From positions 186,001 through 250,000 of the forward strand of contig JAQGDQ010000335.1 of assembly GCA_030141605.1 (NCBI GenBank): a stretch of DNA of 64,000 nucleotides, given 5' to 3'. This DNA comes from Tubiluchus corallicola (taxonomy: Eukaryota > Animalia > Priapulida). How positions within the stretch are numbered: the stretch's first letter is position 1; the number at the start of each line of letters is the position of its first letter. Below, piece after piece: positions 53,359-63,875 of the stretch. The notes beneath the pieces are model-generated. The model was not told the origin of the DNA. It made no database searches and saw nothing but the letters and a program-made list of their open reading frames with translations. A program made the position numbers and the translations under genes.

Positions 53359-55221
53359 CAGTAGTAACAGCAGCAGCAGCAGCACCAGCACCAGCAGCTG
53401 TAGCAGTAATAATAATAATAATAATAATAATAATATATTAGTCTAACAATGCACACAAAAGTACAGGCCCTACAATAATTTTGTATTTTTATGGAGACGT
53501 CAGTGCATCACTGGAATAAAATTTCTAGACACACTGATCAAATATTTTCATTTCATATCCAAGCACGAAGAATCCATTAGAATTATGTGTTTGCACATGT
53601 CTTCTCAGCTGAGTAATAGAATAGGATAGCTGTTTAGTCAGCATCCGGTTGCTTGGCAACCCGAGGGCTTCGAAACAGTTAGGGACCATGTGGTACTAGA
53701 GTTGTGCTACTCATCATGTATTTATAAGTTTTAAATAATTAATTAGCAGGAACAACTGTTAATGTGTTACAAATCTTGCCCGAGTGTGACCTAACCTTAT
53801 ACTATATTAGCATCTTCCTTTACTGAAGTCGACTGGGGGGAGTTTCTTATACAAAGCAAGTACAGTCTAATAGGACCCTAGGCCAACAGCCACCTCAAAA
53901 TGGTAACAATGAAGAATATGAAGCTCAAAGTAAATCCAAGAACTCTTTGATTAAGCTTTTCTTATATCCACTTTTTAAATTAAATATTACTACACGGTGA
54001 TCACTATTAGACTGATAATTAATTTTACAGTAATCGTCAAAGTGTTCTCTCCAGCTGACAGATGAAAATTGCTGGCAAAATTTTATCAACCATTCGTAAA
54101 AAGTATACAAAAGCCAAAAAGCACATCCCTGTTCTTTTTCGCAATATCACAACTTTGAGGATATAAAATAGTTTGCAATTTATTAGTGAATTTGTTTTCA
54201 AATTGAAGTGATGCGGACTCTGACGAATGTTATAAATTCTTCTCCGAATTTTAAACGATTTGGTATCCATTACTGAGAATATCAACACAAGGAAAACCGT
54301 AGATGGATCCATGGATGTTTTTAACTTCTGTTTTTTCGCACAGAAACTGATATTTCTGAAATCATTATGGGTTTCTTCATTGTCGATGAACACTAATCAA
54401 AATACGCCATAATGGGTTTTGAAGGTTTCGAAATGTCTTTTTGTAAGAAAGAATAAAAGTTAAAAGCATTCATGAATACGTCTACGATTTTTGTTGTGTT
54501 GATATTTTGTAAGAAAGAATAAAAGCTAAAAACATCTATGAATCCGTCTATGATTTGTTGCGTTGGTATTTCTTTTCTGGGATATCATTTATTTATCACA
54601 CATTACACATGATCTCTGATAGGTTTAAAAATTCACAAGAATGCTACAAATTTCTTTTACGACATCATGTGAAATTGTACGAAACAGTTTACTGTTTTTG
54701 ATATTTTTGAAAAGTAGTTTAGCTTTGAACATTGTTTCAAATCAAATGTGTTGCAAGTGTTAGTTTACACATGTCAGTGACCCAAAAAAATAAAACATTA
54801 TATCTGTGTATGTTTTTGTATTCACATGTCTTTTAATTTGTGTACTGTTTACTAGTACTAAATAACAGGTGGATGATATTTGGTGCAAACTGATTTGGAA
54901 AAAGAAAACTGGCTTTTTAAAAATGACTTTGAGCAATACAGACACTTTACGTAATACAGATGTATATCAGTTCGTGCCTCAGTCTAGCTAATTAAAAATT
55001 ACTATTTTATACTTAACAGTTAATTATTTATGAAATAACAAAGCCAGAACTTCTCTAGATGCTTAATTCATGAACAATCATATATACAAAACACATATAC
55101 AAAAACTACTTAAACCAGTTGTATGACTGAAGCAAATACATTACTTTATTTTCACTGGTAATGTTACTGCTATAAAGCATTTTACCAAATCAACAAATAA
55201 ATTTTGCCTTACCTGCTCCAT
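12676..55221 (-). CDS. MTUS1/2-like: MTUS1/MTUS2/CCDC69-family microtubule-associated coiled-coil protein with N-terminal CAP-Gly domain; long isoform, 17 coding exons, about 1764 aa. Exons: 55221-55213, 44216-43885, 43446-40534, 40334-40165, 38867-38775, 36432-36274, 34998-34765, 19034-18799, 18187-18106, 17697-17539, 17428-17373, 16698-16593, 16170-16097, 14449-14351, 14020-13901, 13544-13447, 13030-12676
   Basis: All junctions are GT-AG with matching phases and no in-frame stop. The C-terminus EVESLKAVVEMRNDEI...[35 protein letters not shown] matches the MTUS1/2 hallmark (ELESLKAVLEIKN...RQLSTEQ...[20 protein letters not shown]), and KAFDAMTILVRYL matches KFEALTVVIQHL. The first (MEQ) exon is the least certain part. 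Confidence 0.85.
13447..13544 (-). CDS. Shared coiled-coil exon (LEELPIARERITFLEQRAEDLSAMVSITKESQR)
   Basis: ttgtag acceptor and AG|GTATA donor, phase 0-2. Confidence 0.9.
13901..14020 (-). CDS. Shared coiled-coil exon (TALAQFKDLPKEVESLKAVVEMRNDEIRELRNENNRIKKE)
   Basis: ttttttacag acceptor and GAG|GTAAGT donor; MTUS hallmark ESLKAV. Confidence 0.93.
14351..14449 (-). CDS. Shared coiled-coil exon (VKLFEYEEQFELLQQKSKEFEEAMLKDTDTKIQ)
   Basis: ttgtttcag acceptor and CAG|GTAAA donor, phase 0-0. Confidence 0.9.
15665..15800 (-). mobile_element. tRNA-derived SINE-like head (Pol III A and B boxes)
   Basis: A box TAGCCGAGTGG (15794-15784) and B box GGTTCGAATCA (15696-15686); I could not fold a complete cloverleaf. 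Confidence 0.55.
16097..16170 (-). CDS. Shared coiled-coil exon (LKDIHKKEMLDLKSSHELDRQDLE)
   Basis: ttttgttccag acceptor and GAG|GTAAC donor, phase 1-0. Confidence 0.88.
16593..16698 (-). CDS. Shared coiled-coil exon (ISELEMLNEMHREDLSKSHDRQQNQLKEKHALQLR)
   Basis: gcttag acceptor and G|GTAAGT donor, phase 0-1. Confidence 0.88.
17373..17428 (-). CDS. Shared coiled-coil exon (DKEHKKDIEDLKLIHDKE)
   Basis: ttttcacag acceptor and GAG|GTTAGT donor, phase 1-0. Confidence 0.88.
17539..17697 (-). CDS. Shared coiled-coil exon (DLKLEQESLQREIVSL...QQQKETEIR)
   Basis: ttgcag acceptor and T|GTTAGT donor, phase 1-1. Confidence 0.88.
18106..18187 (-). CDS. Shared coiled-coil exon (LDAFETPHLKSQLAEVNACLTEANKTI)
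   Basis: tttcag acceptor and G|GTAAC donor, phase 0-1. Confidence 0.88.
18799..19034 (-). CDS. First shared coiled-coil exon (DQSRTKLQQ...CEKAFDAMTILVRYLTEQ)
   Basis: ttttttatttcag acceptor phase 1, CAG|GTAGG donor phase 0; MTUS-family FEAL/FDAM motif. Confidence 0.92.
22494..22671 (-). CDS. Candidate second alternative first coding exon (MSNSGDDCVILSTYRPGFFGQ...CYTRRA); predicted isoform about 520 aa
   Basis: ATG-initiated 59-codon ORF ending at a strong GCAG|GTAAGA phase-1 donor compatible with the acceptor at 19034. Confidence 0.6.
22691..22812. repeat. Tandem duplication, 2 x 61 bp, one mismatch
   Basis: tagttcctgtgaaatcacagttg(g/a)cgcagatttgcaaaagttaattttcaacacaaagatt occurs twice. 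Confidence 0.97.
27055..29191 (-). CDS. Alternative first coding exon of the MTUS-like gene (712 codons, begins MGNQSS, predicted N-myristoylation); predicted isoform about 1173 aa
   Basis: Long ORF with an in-frame stop 12 codons upstream of the ATG; TTCG|GTAAGT donor at 27054 is phase 1 and joins the phase-1 acceptor at 19034 in frame; low-complexity K/S/E composition with SKIP, SRLP and SKLP motifs. Confidence 0.8.
31190..31995. repeat. Highly decayed purine-rich pentamer-periodic tract
   Basis: Runs such as gaaca taata caaca ggaca tagta gagtg, ggaca ggaca agagg; strong strand purine bias. Confidence 0.7.
34765..34998 (-). CDS. MTUS-like internal exon (…TRAKKAELQRMKQEQIRITPEDHEVYNRTVVLRRKKAQK); alternative in-frame acceptor at 34986
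   Basis: Two phase-1 AG acceptors 12 nt apart after a T-rich tract, G|GTAGAG donor phase 1. Confidence 0.75.
36274..36432 (-). CDS. MTUS-like internal 159-bp exon (TEKKVQSSKEGTAIPASQ...GKNKK)
   Basis: ttttttatgcag acceptor, G|GTCAGT donor, phase 1-1, open frame. Confidence 0.8.
38775..38867 (-). CDS. MTUS-like internal 93-bp exon (KVKTENHSEVTREINSSQPCITELKSTESK)
   Basis: ttcacag acceptor, C|GTAAGT donor, phase 1-1, open frame; too short for the ORF track. Confidence 0.75.
40165..40334 (-). CDS. MTUS-like internal exon (LTAVLNEPAKPSEK...VDVKHE)
   Basis: tgtcag acceptor phase 2, G|GTATG donor phase 1, open frame. Confidence 0.8.
40534..43446 (-). CDS. MTUS-like 2913-bp exon: rest of the CAP-Gly domain, long acidic disordered region, basic tail
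   Basis: tttcag|A TAT TTT GGA gives YFGRTHLTDGVFCGIELDEPEGKHNGTVQGVTYFSCQDGYGIFAPVTKV (CAP-Gly signature); open for 971 codons; AG|GTGAG donor. Confidence 0.93.
43885..44216 (-). CDS. MTUS-like exon: Ser/Pro/Arg-rich segment with SRIP motif and first half of the CAP-Gly domain
   Basis: tttttctttgcag|GGG acceptor, AG|GTAA donor (phase 2); encodes GAIESRIPQQ...MQVGSRVCIGGSKIGTLR. Confidence 0.9.
47395..47520. repeat. (GA)n microsatellite
   Basis: Direct reading. Confidence 0.96.
51018..51038. repeat. (CAT)n short repeat
   Basis: Direct reading. Confidence 0.85.
53229..53434. repeat. Compound trinucleotide repeat (TAG/TGG)n-(CAG/CAC)n-(TAA)n
   Basis: Direct reading. Confidence 0.97.
54438..54572. 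repeat. Diverged tandem duplication, 2 x about 66 bp
   Basis: ttttgtaagaaagaataaaag(t/c)taaaa...atgaat(a/c)cgtcta...gttg...tattt occurs twice. Confidence 0.85.
55213..55221 (-). CDS. Candidate first coding micro-segment (Met-Glu-Gln) of the MTUS-like gene, at the 3' end of a mostly untranslated exon (acceptor at 55366 or 55388)
   Basis: gacaATGGAGCAG|GTAAGG: good Kozak context, strong phase-0 donor matching the phase-0 acceptor at 44216, in-frame stop upstream. Confidence 0.55.
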
Positions 55222-56379
55222 TGTCCTTTCAGTTTCTACTTTCAGTTAAATTACGATAATCACTTCTCATTCGATGACCTCATGTTTTTTATCGCATTTG
55301 GTCTATCATTTTCTTCTTTTTCACTTTACAACATGGCTGTTGTCTGTCAGGTTTCCAGAGTTGTCTCTGCGCAGGAGAAAATTGTCAACTGAGCAAAAGT
55401 AGGTGGGATTCAGTCTGCAATGCTAAAGTACACAGGCATTAAGTGACATTGGATCAATAATGTGTATGGTGTTTGCCAGATAGAGAGAACTAGTCAATAC
55501 CTGAAGCTAGAACTTGCTTAAGATCAATAAAGATGGGCAGAGATCTCTGGGGCGATTATGTAATAGCTGCATTTCTACGAAAACCACCAGCAGAGGTCAG
55601 GAGAATACCAGACATGAATAGAGAAAGGAGTACAACCAAATGTGATGTATTTTGACTCACAATCGGAATCCTGTATTCAGTAGCTGGTCATACTCAAATG
55701 AAATGGTTGCAGTGTGAGACCCGCATCTGACTCATTATTAAGGCTAAGCCATTAAATGATCAGCTTCTGTGCCAATGTTAACTTGTCTTCAGTCGTGCGA
55801 TACCATAACCACTCAGCCATTCACATCGCCTCATCCAACAATCAAAACTTGTGTGATCATTTAAGATAGCATAGTTTGCGACATTATCTTTGCCAATTAA
55901 ATTCAAAGAATTTTTACAAGCTAATCCTTAATTTCTATAATTCTGTACTCATACACTAGTAATGCAATAAGGCATACAACATACAGCCATACTAATGCAA
56001 GCCAGGCAATGTTCAGCTCTAAGCACACAATAATTAAAATGTAATCTGAAAGTTGCTTTGTTCAATTGGACATTTGTCTACATGTGGAATATAGAAACAG
56101 ATTAATAATGGGAAAAATGAGGGAATAATTATTGCAACTTTTTTAAAGTTTGTGTTTATTTTATGTAGGAAATACATTGATGAAAATTCTCGATCTGCAA
56201 TTTTTGTTGCAAGCTTCCAACCTTCAAATAATCTAATAATGTAGAAATTGTACTGGCAACCTTGCACAACTCTGAAATTTACTTTCTATTGAAATTGATA
56301 TATTTTGACGATCTTAATTTAACTGGCTTTTTTATTTAATTTGGCACAGTGCAAGTAACAAGTAGTATTCAGCGGCAGG

Positions 56380-56722
56380 TAAGGACGAGCATCGAATGTT
56401 CGAGTTCTAATATTCGAATCAAATTTGAATTATGAATTTAAATAATTTAGCACTTCAACTACACATGTTCTTCATCATTGAAACGTTTGAGAGATCACCC
56501 AATCTTTACAGTTTAGCTGCGATTTTTGTGCACATATTATTAGTCTTTTTATTCCAGAATAAAATCAAGAAATATGCATGATCAAGCTAAGACAGATCTT
56601 AATCAATGACTCAAAATTCTATATGAAATTCATTAAAACTGAATTTGAATTCGATTCGTATCCGAAATCTGGAAATTCGGTTTGATTCGAAAGTCACAAA
56701 TTCGATTCAATTCGCATTCACT
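56380..56722. mobile_element. Probable degenerate non-autonomous DNA transposon with (A)TTCGA subterminal repeats
   Basis: Clusters of TTCGA/TCGAA/TTTGAAT at both ends (56391-56440 and 56640-56715) around an unrelated core. Confidence 0.5.
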
Positions 56723-58790
56723 TTCTGGTAGGGAGGGAATGCGTGCACCTGGTAGCAGAGTCTTTTCAATGTGGATAGTTGTGACAAGTTCAAAATCATT
56801 ATCAAGGTTAATCCTCTAAGATGCCAGGAGACACTGAACTGGCAGGTGTATCAGTCAGGCTCTAAGGAGGTTCTAGGTTTACAAAGAGTTCCAAAATGCA
56901 GTGAATAAAACAATAGCGAGGGCTCTGTTTGTGACTGCACCGTGTGAGTCTGCAGCACTCATCCACATGCCCTAACTGTAAATTTTTTAACAGTATCAAA
57001 TGGCCACTCTAGTAATACGTCAATTATGTGGCATGTTTAACTTAATAGCAGTAAAAAGAGAGCCACGGACCTCAGCTTGGCTTTTCAATTGACTTACTGA
57101 TTGAATTTATGTATAAAATGTGATGCTCATCACACATATTTAAACAATGGTACTACAAGAGAACTTAAAATTTACGAACTAATACAAAAAGGCGACATTA
57201 AGAGCTACAAAAAACAAAGTTAAAAATACAGTTATGGAGCAAGATGGTTTAAAGGATGGCATATACAGCAAAATAAAATTCACTTGTTTCCAATGTGGTT
57301 CCTAAATAGTGAACTCAAACTCCAGCTTAAAGATGATACATAAGAATACAATAGTGACCACAACTACAAACAAAAACTGGCTAAGTACACCTGAGAGGAA
57401 CAGTATGATACAGGCAAACCAGATATCTAATACCTGCAAATATTAAAATACAACTTCTGGAATGAAATTTACGAAAAAATGACTAAAGTGAGATTCATCT
57501 ACATTTTAAGTAAAGAGCCGAAGATTCGTTCACATGAATGTTAAAAAAATTAGCTTTAAGCTGCATTTTAAAACATATAAAGTTTATAGATCAGTTGCAA
57601 TATCAGTTAAAACAGATAGTACTTATGAATACTTTAATGCAAGCTACAAATAAGACAAGTAGTAATATCAAAATTGACAATGGTAGTTTTGTTAATGACA
57701 GAAAAATATTAATTGCCTGTGAGATATTAAAAGAACAACAGCATAATTAGAAATGCAGCACTGCTAGAATGTAACGATATACAGTATTAGGAACAAATAA
57801 TAAATAAAAATTAAAGGTAGAATGTCAAACTAGACACAAGTCAGTATAAGAACAATTTAGTTACAAAAAATTAAAATATACTTAACAGTAGCAACTTGCT
57901 GATTCTATTGTGTCTAGTATTATAGGAGTGCATATTTCTCAAAAACTGAAGGTCAGCTGCTAAATAACTGGGGCAGTACCATTCACCCATTACCCAGAAC
58001 AAATGGCCAAAACATAAGTTAAATTGATTTGCACATCTTTTTGCAATTACACCAATATGCTTTCGAGCATCCATGTATAGCAGAAACCTAATAACTAATA
58101 ACTATTCGTTGTGCCTTTGAGTTTGAGCCACTTAGATCAGAAAACTAACAGCAAACAGTATTGCTAAAGTGACACTGAATAAGGGCAGAAACTAACATTT
58201 TGGCTTTTATAGATAGAAATTCATTACTTAATATATATTTAAGCAACATTTTCAGGATGTCAGCTACGAGAACCACCTCTCAAGAGCTGAGCTAGAGTAA
58301 TATCCAAGTGCTTAACAGATTTTTTGGTTTTCAAAAAAACGACACTTGCAATTCAGTACATTTATAATTTTTTTCTTTGGTCCAAGCAAAATAGACTCGG
58401 TTTTACTTAAGTGAAGCGAAAGACTGTTTCCTAAATCAAGCGTACAATCTGACATTAAAAGCAGAACAATTCATAGTAGAACAATTCATTAGAAACTGAC
58501 AGTGATACCTCATGATAAGAATTCAAGCACGTGCTGTGCCCTACTGCTAGTTGGTTGACAGATTTACAATTCCATTACGTAAGTTTGGGTGGCAATTTTG
58601 TCACGATTCTTTCAGCGATGGCTTAGAATTTTGCGGTTTGGCAAAAAGGTGCTTATCATCTCGGTGAGAGCTTTATTCATTTTTAGGCTTTATATCGTCC
58701 GCTCTGCCAAAGCGCAGAAAGGAGCTACCACACGATGAATGCGTGAACTTGTTGCACTAATAACTTTCAAATTTCGTTTTATCAACTCAC

Positions 58791-58890
58791 TTATGGAAGT
58801 GAGTTGGAAGGCACCAGGAATGGAAAGCACACCATAGTTTTCATCACAACGATTTCCACAACAGTTTCTTGTTTACTTTCACTGTCGTTG
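58791..58890 (-). other. Candidate non-coding first exon of the long MTUS-like isoform (5' end approximate)
   Basis: ATAA|GTGAGT donor at 58790 just downstream of a CTAGATGGCGCCA motif; no compatible coding frame found. Confidence 0.35.
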
Positions 58891-59728
58891 ACACCTGACA
58901 AGTACGTGGCGCCATCTAGATTACAAACATTTTAGACTGCTGACTACTGTAACAGCTGACATAAATTCACAAACTCGTTATTTCAGTATATGTTACAGGC
59001 AATGTGTACAATTTACACATTTTGTAAAATTCCTAGGCATTTTATGTAATGCCTATGCATTTCGGGAAATGTCTGAAATAAATGTTTTTGCTGTGACTCT
59101 TTCACACTTTTTTAGACGCTTTGTAAACCTACAATAACAACGACAAATATAAAATGCTTAAAGCGTCTTTGAATTGAATTTTTCCCTAGCTGTTTTATAC
59201 ATTACCTAGTCATTGTATGAAACGCATAAAACAACTTAGCTAATGTACTAAACTACTGAAGCAAGCAATTCAAGTAATTTTATTGAGTGAGTTTTATTGG
59301 CGGTGGGTGCTACGTCACCATCTCTGACATGCTGTTCAGATCGATCTCTTTCCATACCGAGTAAGCCTGGGGCAGAATACATTAAAGTTCTTACGAACAA
59401 TTTTTTTCATTAACTTGTTTGTGTGTAAGAATGTTCTTAACACTATGCACAGATTCATTAAGTTAGTTTTCCCGAAGATCAAAATTTTAAGAATTACACA
59501 CTTTCCCTAAACAAAGTTTTGCATAATATATAATGCCCAGGAAAAGTGTAGAAGGAGCTATTTTAGACAGTTTACCTGGTTTGTTTTGGCATTCTATAAC
59601 ATTCTTAGACATTCTATAGCATCCCCTGTAATTTCCAACATTGCCTGTAACATATATTATAGACCTGATGTGACTTTTATTTCGCAGATGTTAATTTATA
59701 AAATGTGTAGTGCAATCCCCATAATTCG

Positions 59729-59730
<2 letters not shown>

Positions 59731-59819
<89 letters not shown>

Positions 59820-59832
59820 CGCGCGTGTGTGT

Positions 59833-59873
<41 letters not shown>

Positions 59874-59893
59874 TGTGCGTGCGTGCATGTGTG
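59731..59893. repeat. (TG)n microsatellite with CG interruptions
   Basis: Direct reading. Confidence 0.97.
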
Positions 59894-60361
59894 CCACGCG
59901 CGACACCATTTTCGACTATCTACATGGTACCAAATTAAAGGAAGGGAGGAACGGGGCTCTATACGGGAGGCAAAAAACCTCCAAAATTGGCCTTTTTTGG
60001 CCGGTTTTCGATGAAATTTGCAAAACATATATCTTTTTTCTAGAGAACGTGAATGTCCCGGGCCGATTCCAGTAATGGTTGAATAGCCCATTCAACGTTG
60101 GGTGTATAGGCATAATTAGAATTTGCGGAATGGTCACGGTTTCTCGCAACGGGTATTTTTCCGGATCCAATCTCCCGTTTTCTCGAAATTTTGGCTGAAC
60201 ACCCTATAGAGTTTTAACAGTGCTAGGTAGTATTCTTGGAAGGAGATATATAGCTCCTTGGAAAGAAGAGGAACAGGGCTACATGATCACGTGGGTCTTT
60301 TTAGTCTAGCTTCCACAAGGAGGCGCGGTGACGGCTTGATTGCATTACTTCATCTGTTGCT

Positions 60362-60881
60362 CTAATCATCTATTGTAAACATAGAGCCTCTAACTTTTAT
60401 TAGAGCATGCCACTGTTTCCTGTCTGCAGCTAAAATTTTCCATTCCTGTGATGCTATTGTTAGGTTTGGTTCCAGCTGTTGTAAATCTTTATTCATTCTT
60501 GATATCCAAATTGTTTTTGGTTTGCCTGGAGGTCGTTTAGTAGGTTTCAGTGCCTCGCTTAGTGCTAATCTTATCGGTGTTGCTTCTGGCAATCTCATTA
60601 AATGTTCTACCCATCTTAGCCTTCTGATTCTGATTCTTGTGCTTCAATGTTCTTCTTTGGTTCTGTTATAGCTGCTCATTTAAAATGATATAATATGGCC
60701 ACTTTATTTTTAAGATTTTTTTGAGTAGGCCTCTTTGAAATACGTTTACTTCAGCTTCCTGAGCTGCAGTTAAGCTCCACATTTCACTGCTGTACTGTAC
60801 ATAAAGACTAGTTACATATACATTAAAGAATCGCACTCTTGTTGTGAGGGATAGTTTATTGCGGGTTAGGATTGCATTAAG
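60362..60881 (-). mobile_element. 5'-truncated, frameshifted non-LTR retrotransposon (RTE-type) ORF C-terminus
   Basis: Translates to LSLTTRVRFFNVYV...YSSEMWSLT...VFQRGLLKKILKIKWP, then after a frameshift and stop RRLRWVEHLMRLP...RPPGKPKTIW...AADRKQW, the typical post-RT motifs of RTE elements. Confidence 0.85.
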
Positions 60882-61296
60882 TAGTAATACACATATCTAT
60901 GGTTGATGGGAGGTTCCATTTCGAAAGAATCTCGATGGGAGAACTGCGGACGCAAAGCCATTGTCCTGACGTCATTCCATTGTACTCAGCCTATAATTTT
61001 GCTTCAGTAGAAGCTGCTGCTGGCTTTGGGTTGGATAAATTAATGAACCCTATGTAGGATTACAGGATGCTCACGCATTATTGACTATAAGTGGATTTAT
61101 GCGTAAAATTTTTTGCGGAGGCCTTTGCTAGTATTATTATGAACTTTATAACATTTATAAAAAATATGGTAATAATTATGGTTATTGTTATAAATTGGTA
61201 TAAATATGGTTATTGTTACCTGAAGAAAGTTTCTTTAACCTCGTACAACGTAATTTACTCAAATTTACGTAAATTTATTTTATCCATTAGCCTGTA

Positions 61297-61411
<115 letters not shown>

Positions 61412-63062
61412 TTTGAATAATGACAACGGTGATGGTGATTTCAATTAGTCCAATTTTTGCAAAGTTTCCAGTTATTTTGCACCAGAATTCATTGACTCAT
61501 TGTGCATCATTAGCATCCTCATACTTGCATCCATATTTGAATAAATTTCTGTCATAAATTTCGCTTGACCTGATGTGACTTTTATTTCACTGTTGTTAAT
61601 TTATAAAATGTGCAGTGCAATCGCTATAATTCTATCATATAATATAATATTGTTGTTTGTTATTGTCATTTTTGTTGTGTGCTTATTACAATTTTATATC
61701 TTGAGTTTTGCTGTGCCCAATGAATAATTATAAAAAAAGTTGTGAATTTATATTTACAGATCTATTACATTTTACACACAGTCGGTTAACGGCAAGCTGA
61801 AATTAAGCACTCAAAAGTAGGACCTTTGAATATGACTGAGACATAAGTTGCAGAGCCACGACTAGGTGTGTAGGTTCATGTTCTTCCTCGACAACACTAA
61901 TGGCAGGAATTAATGCGAACGGCTGAAACAGACCGGGCTCAGAGATAGACCGGCAGTCACAGCCGTTTACTGGGTGCTACAGAATACAGGCTTAGTGCTG
62001 GATTGTATTCTGTTAGCTATGTTGGCTTTGCTAGCTTGTTTGAAAAGTGATTTAAATGAGCCTAAATAGAGTAGTTGTAGATCAATTGGCGAGAATTGCA
62101 CTATTACTGAACATGGCGTTACATAAAAATGAACAGAAGTTTTAATACGGTTCCTAATATTATATCAGATAGTCATCATTACTTTTAGATGAATATTTTT
62201 TGCCACACAATAAATGTTTTCTGCGAATTCTATGTTTAGGAATTCGTCTGCACCGCTTTTTTCCACCTCTTTCTAGTAGGTTTAAGCGAGTGCGAATTAA
62301 ACGGCTTGCAGTTGCAGTTATGTGGACCTGACCTGTGTCTCTTCTGATTGGTAGTAATAAAGTGCTTAATTTGTGCACTTCTTTGGCCTATAGTTTATGC
62401 TGTGTTGTGTTACATTACGTTACGTTACGTTATGCTAATTTTGCATTAATGGAGTGGGTGCTGCTAAACTGAAAGTAAGACGTTTTTGTTGTCTTTTATA
62501 CGTGCATTTTTGAAGTTGTCAAATGTAAGGTTGTCGATTATGCTCAGGCATTGCTTTTATTTTTATTTAAAGAAAATGTTAATTGAAGTAAATATTTTGG
62601 GCGTACTGTTAATGCTGGTGTAATTTTTCTGAGCATGTAGAAAACTGTCAAGCCAAAAGTTCATTAAAATTAAAAACTAAGTTTAAAACCTAGTCCTGCT
62701 ACTATTATTGATTTAAGTTGTATTTTAACATCTTTGTTTAAAAAGCAACAACAAAGACTAGTCTGAACGAATATTTTCGTTTTTAAATTTTTGTCTTGTT
62801 AAATTTTCTGAAGACAAGCTTGATAGAAGACTAGAAAAACACGATTTTATTCTGCAAGCTATAATGGTAAGATCTGCAACTTTCAATTAACATTTTATAG
62901 TTTATAACGAAATGTTAGTTCAGACGTAAAGTGTATAGTTTTACACGTATACCGAAAATAAATAAAGAATCGGGTAAAGCCAACCGTCATTGGCAGCCGT
63001 GACGATGATTATGATATAATTATAGTGATCATTAGGACGTTAGCTTGTAGACTTTTGTTCTG

Positions 63063-63875
63063 TTATATCTCTTTGGCTTCGGCGACTGTAGCCAATTTTT
63101 TGCATGAAAGAATAGCAATATCAATAAGGAATTCAATGACCTCGTAAAGTGTTAGAATTGACAAGCCTATGTATAGTCCTAACAGTCCTCCTATATCGCC
63201 AGCCAAGTCTTCTTTCTTGTAAGCTAGTTCTTCCTTTGCTTGTTGTTGGAAAGCCTTTTCTAGCCGCACATGAAGACGACTGAACGTGTCCGGTGGAATA
63301 TACCCAACAACAGGTTTTGATTCTAATATCGCGAAAGTACGATGTTTCGCGATAGGAAATTCCGGTATGCCACTGTACAGTGAGCCGTACGTTGGTGGTG
63401 GAGGTCTTTCATCGTACCTCTTTTGAATGTCGATGTTTTCGCCTTCTTCGACAAACTCTTCAAATACTGGGTCTACGACTGGGTTATCTTTCAGCGGTGA
63501 TGTCGTAATGGCCATTTGATATTCGTGTTCCACGCAAGGTGGTGGGCAACGACAAATGTTCTTATCATAAGTTCCGTCAAGAACGACATCTCTCCAACAT
63601 TTTCTAACCTGCTTGCGTTCTAGACACGGAGGTACCTCTGTGGAGTTTCCTTGCGTTCCGGCCCACACCAACCTTGAACTGACTGGGACGTCTAGCAGGA
63701 AGCATGAACAGTGGAGTATGGCTTTGTACTGAGCGCATGTTTTTAAACAGGAATGTACGCTATATCGAGTGCCATACTTTTCAACATAGACATCATGGTA
63801 ACGTCCTTTCTTGTTTACCTCCTCATCTGTGATGCAATCCTGCTGTGGCCGTTTCATTCTTTCCAAAAGGGAAAC
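63063..63875 (-). CDS. DEG/ENaC (ASIC-like, amiloride-sensitive sodium channel family) subunit, terminal exon; upstream exons lie outside the window
   Basis: Cys-rich thumb (CLKTC...CSC...CRCPPPC.E.EY), pre-TM2/TM2 EELAY...DLAGDIGGLLGLYIGLSILTLYEVIE with GxS filter; ttcctattttgcag acceptor at 63876. Confidence 0.93.
   Translation of the reverse strand, partial: VSLLERMKRPQQDCITDEEVNKKGRYHDVYVEKYGTRYSVHSCLKTCAQYKAILHCSCFLLDVPVSSRLVWAGTQGNSTEVPPCLERKQVRKCWRDVVLDGTYDKNICRCPPPCVEHEYQMAITTSPLKDNPVVDPVFEEFVEEGENIDIQKRYDERPPPPTYGSLYSGIPEFPIAKHRTFAILESKPVVGYIPPDTFSRLHVRLEKAFQQQAKEELAYKKEDLAGDIGGLLGLYIGLSILTLYEVIEFLIDIAILSCKKLATVAEAKEI

Noticed and set aside
53121-53456. Poly-Y/V/L ORFs; also the CV/HT ORFs at 59586-60091
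   Set aside because: Simple-repeat translations
59935-60210. GC-richer segment resembling a DNA-transposon remnant
   Set aside because: Terminal inverted repeats too weak to define
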